Of a stretch of DNA of 64,000 nt, positions 63,349 through 64,000 are shown piece by piece. Each line of letters begins with the position of its first letter. The first letter of the stretch is position 1. Source of the DNA: a virus; IMG/VR virus record IMGVR_UViG_3300024264_000006, positions 64,001-128,000 of that record; one strand, 5' to 3'. The notes beneath the pieces were generated by a model that was given only the letters and a program-made list of their open reading frames with translations, made no database searches and was not told the DNA's origin. Both the position numbers and the translations under genes were made by a program.

Positions 63349-63790
63349 ATTCCTCACACTCTTCAGCGTACCGATCATCATTCTCGTTCGGTTGTGAATA
63401 ACCAAATGCTAGTTGCTGAGAACTAGGTGTATAGTCATCACAGAATACATATGTACCATCGTTGTTGGTATCACATGCACGTTGCCAAGAGATCATATCG
63501 AAAGTCAACCCTTCACTCCAAGGGACATATGATTCACACCACGCAACCGTACCGATTGCATACGGGTCTTGTGGTTGTGGTACATAGTCTCTTTTAGTCC
63601 AAGGTTTTTGTACACGAAAATATGTATCTTTGTTTTGCATCAATTGACGTTTGAACAAAGAACTATTTGGTGTACTGATATAAATCTCTTGATTATCTGC
63701 GAGAGTATACGTAGAACCATCATCATAGTTAATTACCGTTTCTGCTTGAGCCAAAAACGGAACCAGTAGTAAGAACAGAACTGCTCTCAT
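63347..63790 (-). CDS. Exported hypothetical protein
   Basis: Signal peptide (AQA/ET); CDTNNDG Ca-binding-like loop. Confidence 0.7.
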   Translation of the reverse strand: MRAVLFLLLVPFLAQAETVINYDDGSTYTLADNQEIYISTPNSSLFKRQLMQNKDTYFRVQKPWTKRDYVPQPQDPYAIGTVAWCESYVPWSEGLTFDMISWQRACDTNNDGTYVFCDDYTPSSQQLAFGYSQPNENDDRYAEECEE

Positions 63791-63861
63791 ATCATAATCC
63801 TCGTGTTGAGGTGTGCGCTTCCATTCGTTTATTGACTACCCTGTCCCTTTTATATATACTC

Positions 63862-64000
63862 CTACCACCCTGATTTAATTCTCGTATCAAAGTGATATTG
63901 TTTGCATTCACGTACTGTCTCTGCAACACCTTCTTCTACTTCTTTCTTACACATTTTGTTCAACTCAATAGTACCATTGGTTGCACTAAGTGTGCCAAAA
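63862..64000 (-). CDS. 3' end of a hypothetical protein (partial)
   Basis: Open frame ...NKMCKKEVEEG...ECKQYHFDTRIKSGW* running off the window. Confidence 0.5.
   Translation of the reverse strand, partial: FGTLSATNGTIELNKMCKKEVEEGVAETVRECKQYHFDTRIKSGW

Noticed and set aside
1-64000. Stop-codon reassignment, DGR or retron
   Set aside because: Core genes are intact under the standard code and end in TAA, TAG or TGA; no suppressor tRNA, reverse transcriptase or TR/VR pair was seen

Overview
A 64-kb segment of a T4-like (Tevenvirinae/Kyanoviridae-type gene order) myovirus genome, probably marine, with almost all genes on the minus strand. The IscU sequence and a fimbrial-like operon point to a gammaproteobacterial host (inference). 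The right half is the T4 replication/recombination core: gp41, gp40-like, uvsX, gp43, hsp20, regA, gp62, gp44, gp45, gp46, gp47, gp55, uvsW, uvsY and gp3. It is interleaved with accessory modification enzymes (nucleotide-sugar enzymes, GT25-like, sulfotransferase, several 2OG-Fe(II)/cupin oxygenases, SGNH-like and adenylate-forming enzymes). The left half holds early-promoter cassettes of small ORFs, an nrdA(+glutaredoxin)-iscU-nrdB operon and two late-promoter (TATAAATA) operons. The first (~9.6-18.4 kb) has many products starting with T4 capsid-targeting-like peptides, among them a ligase-motif protein, a HIGH-type nucleotidyltransferase polyprotein and a PD-(D/E)XK-like nuclease; it is a candidate capsid-packaged, injected enzyme arsenal. 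The second (~22.5-26.4 kb) encodes almost entirely exported proteins, including pilin-like and chaperone-like members. There are three tRNAs (Arg-ACG, Gly-TCC, Arg-TCT), a candidate structured ncRNA, a ROSE-like thermometer, an orphan 14-nt anti-SD complement, an orphan antisense promoter and a plus-strand DruA-like/ParB-like island. Family assignments come from motif recognition by eye; no searches were run.
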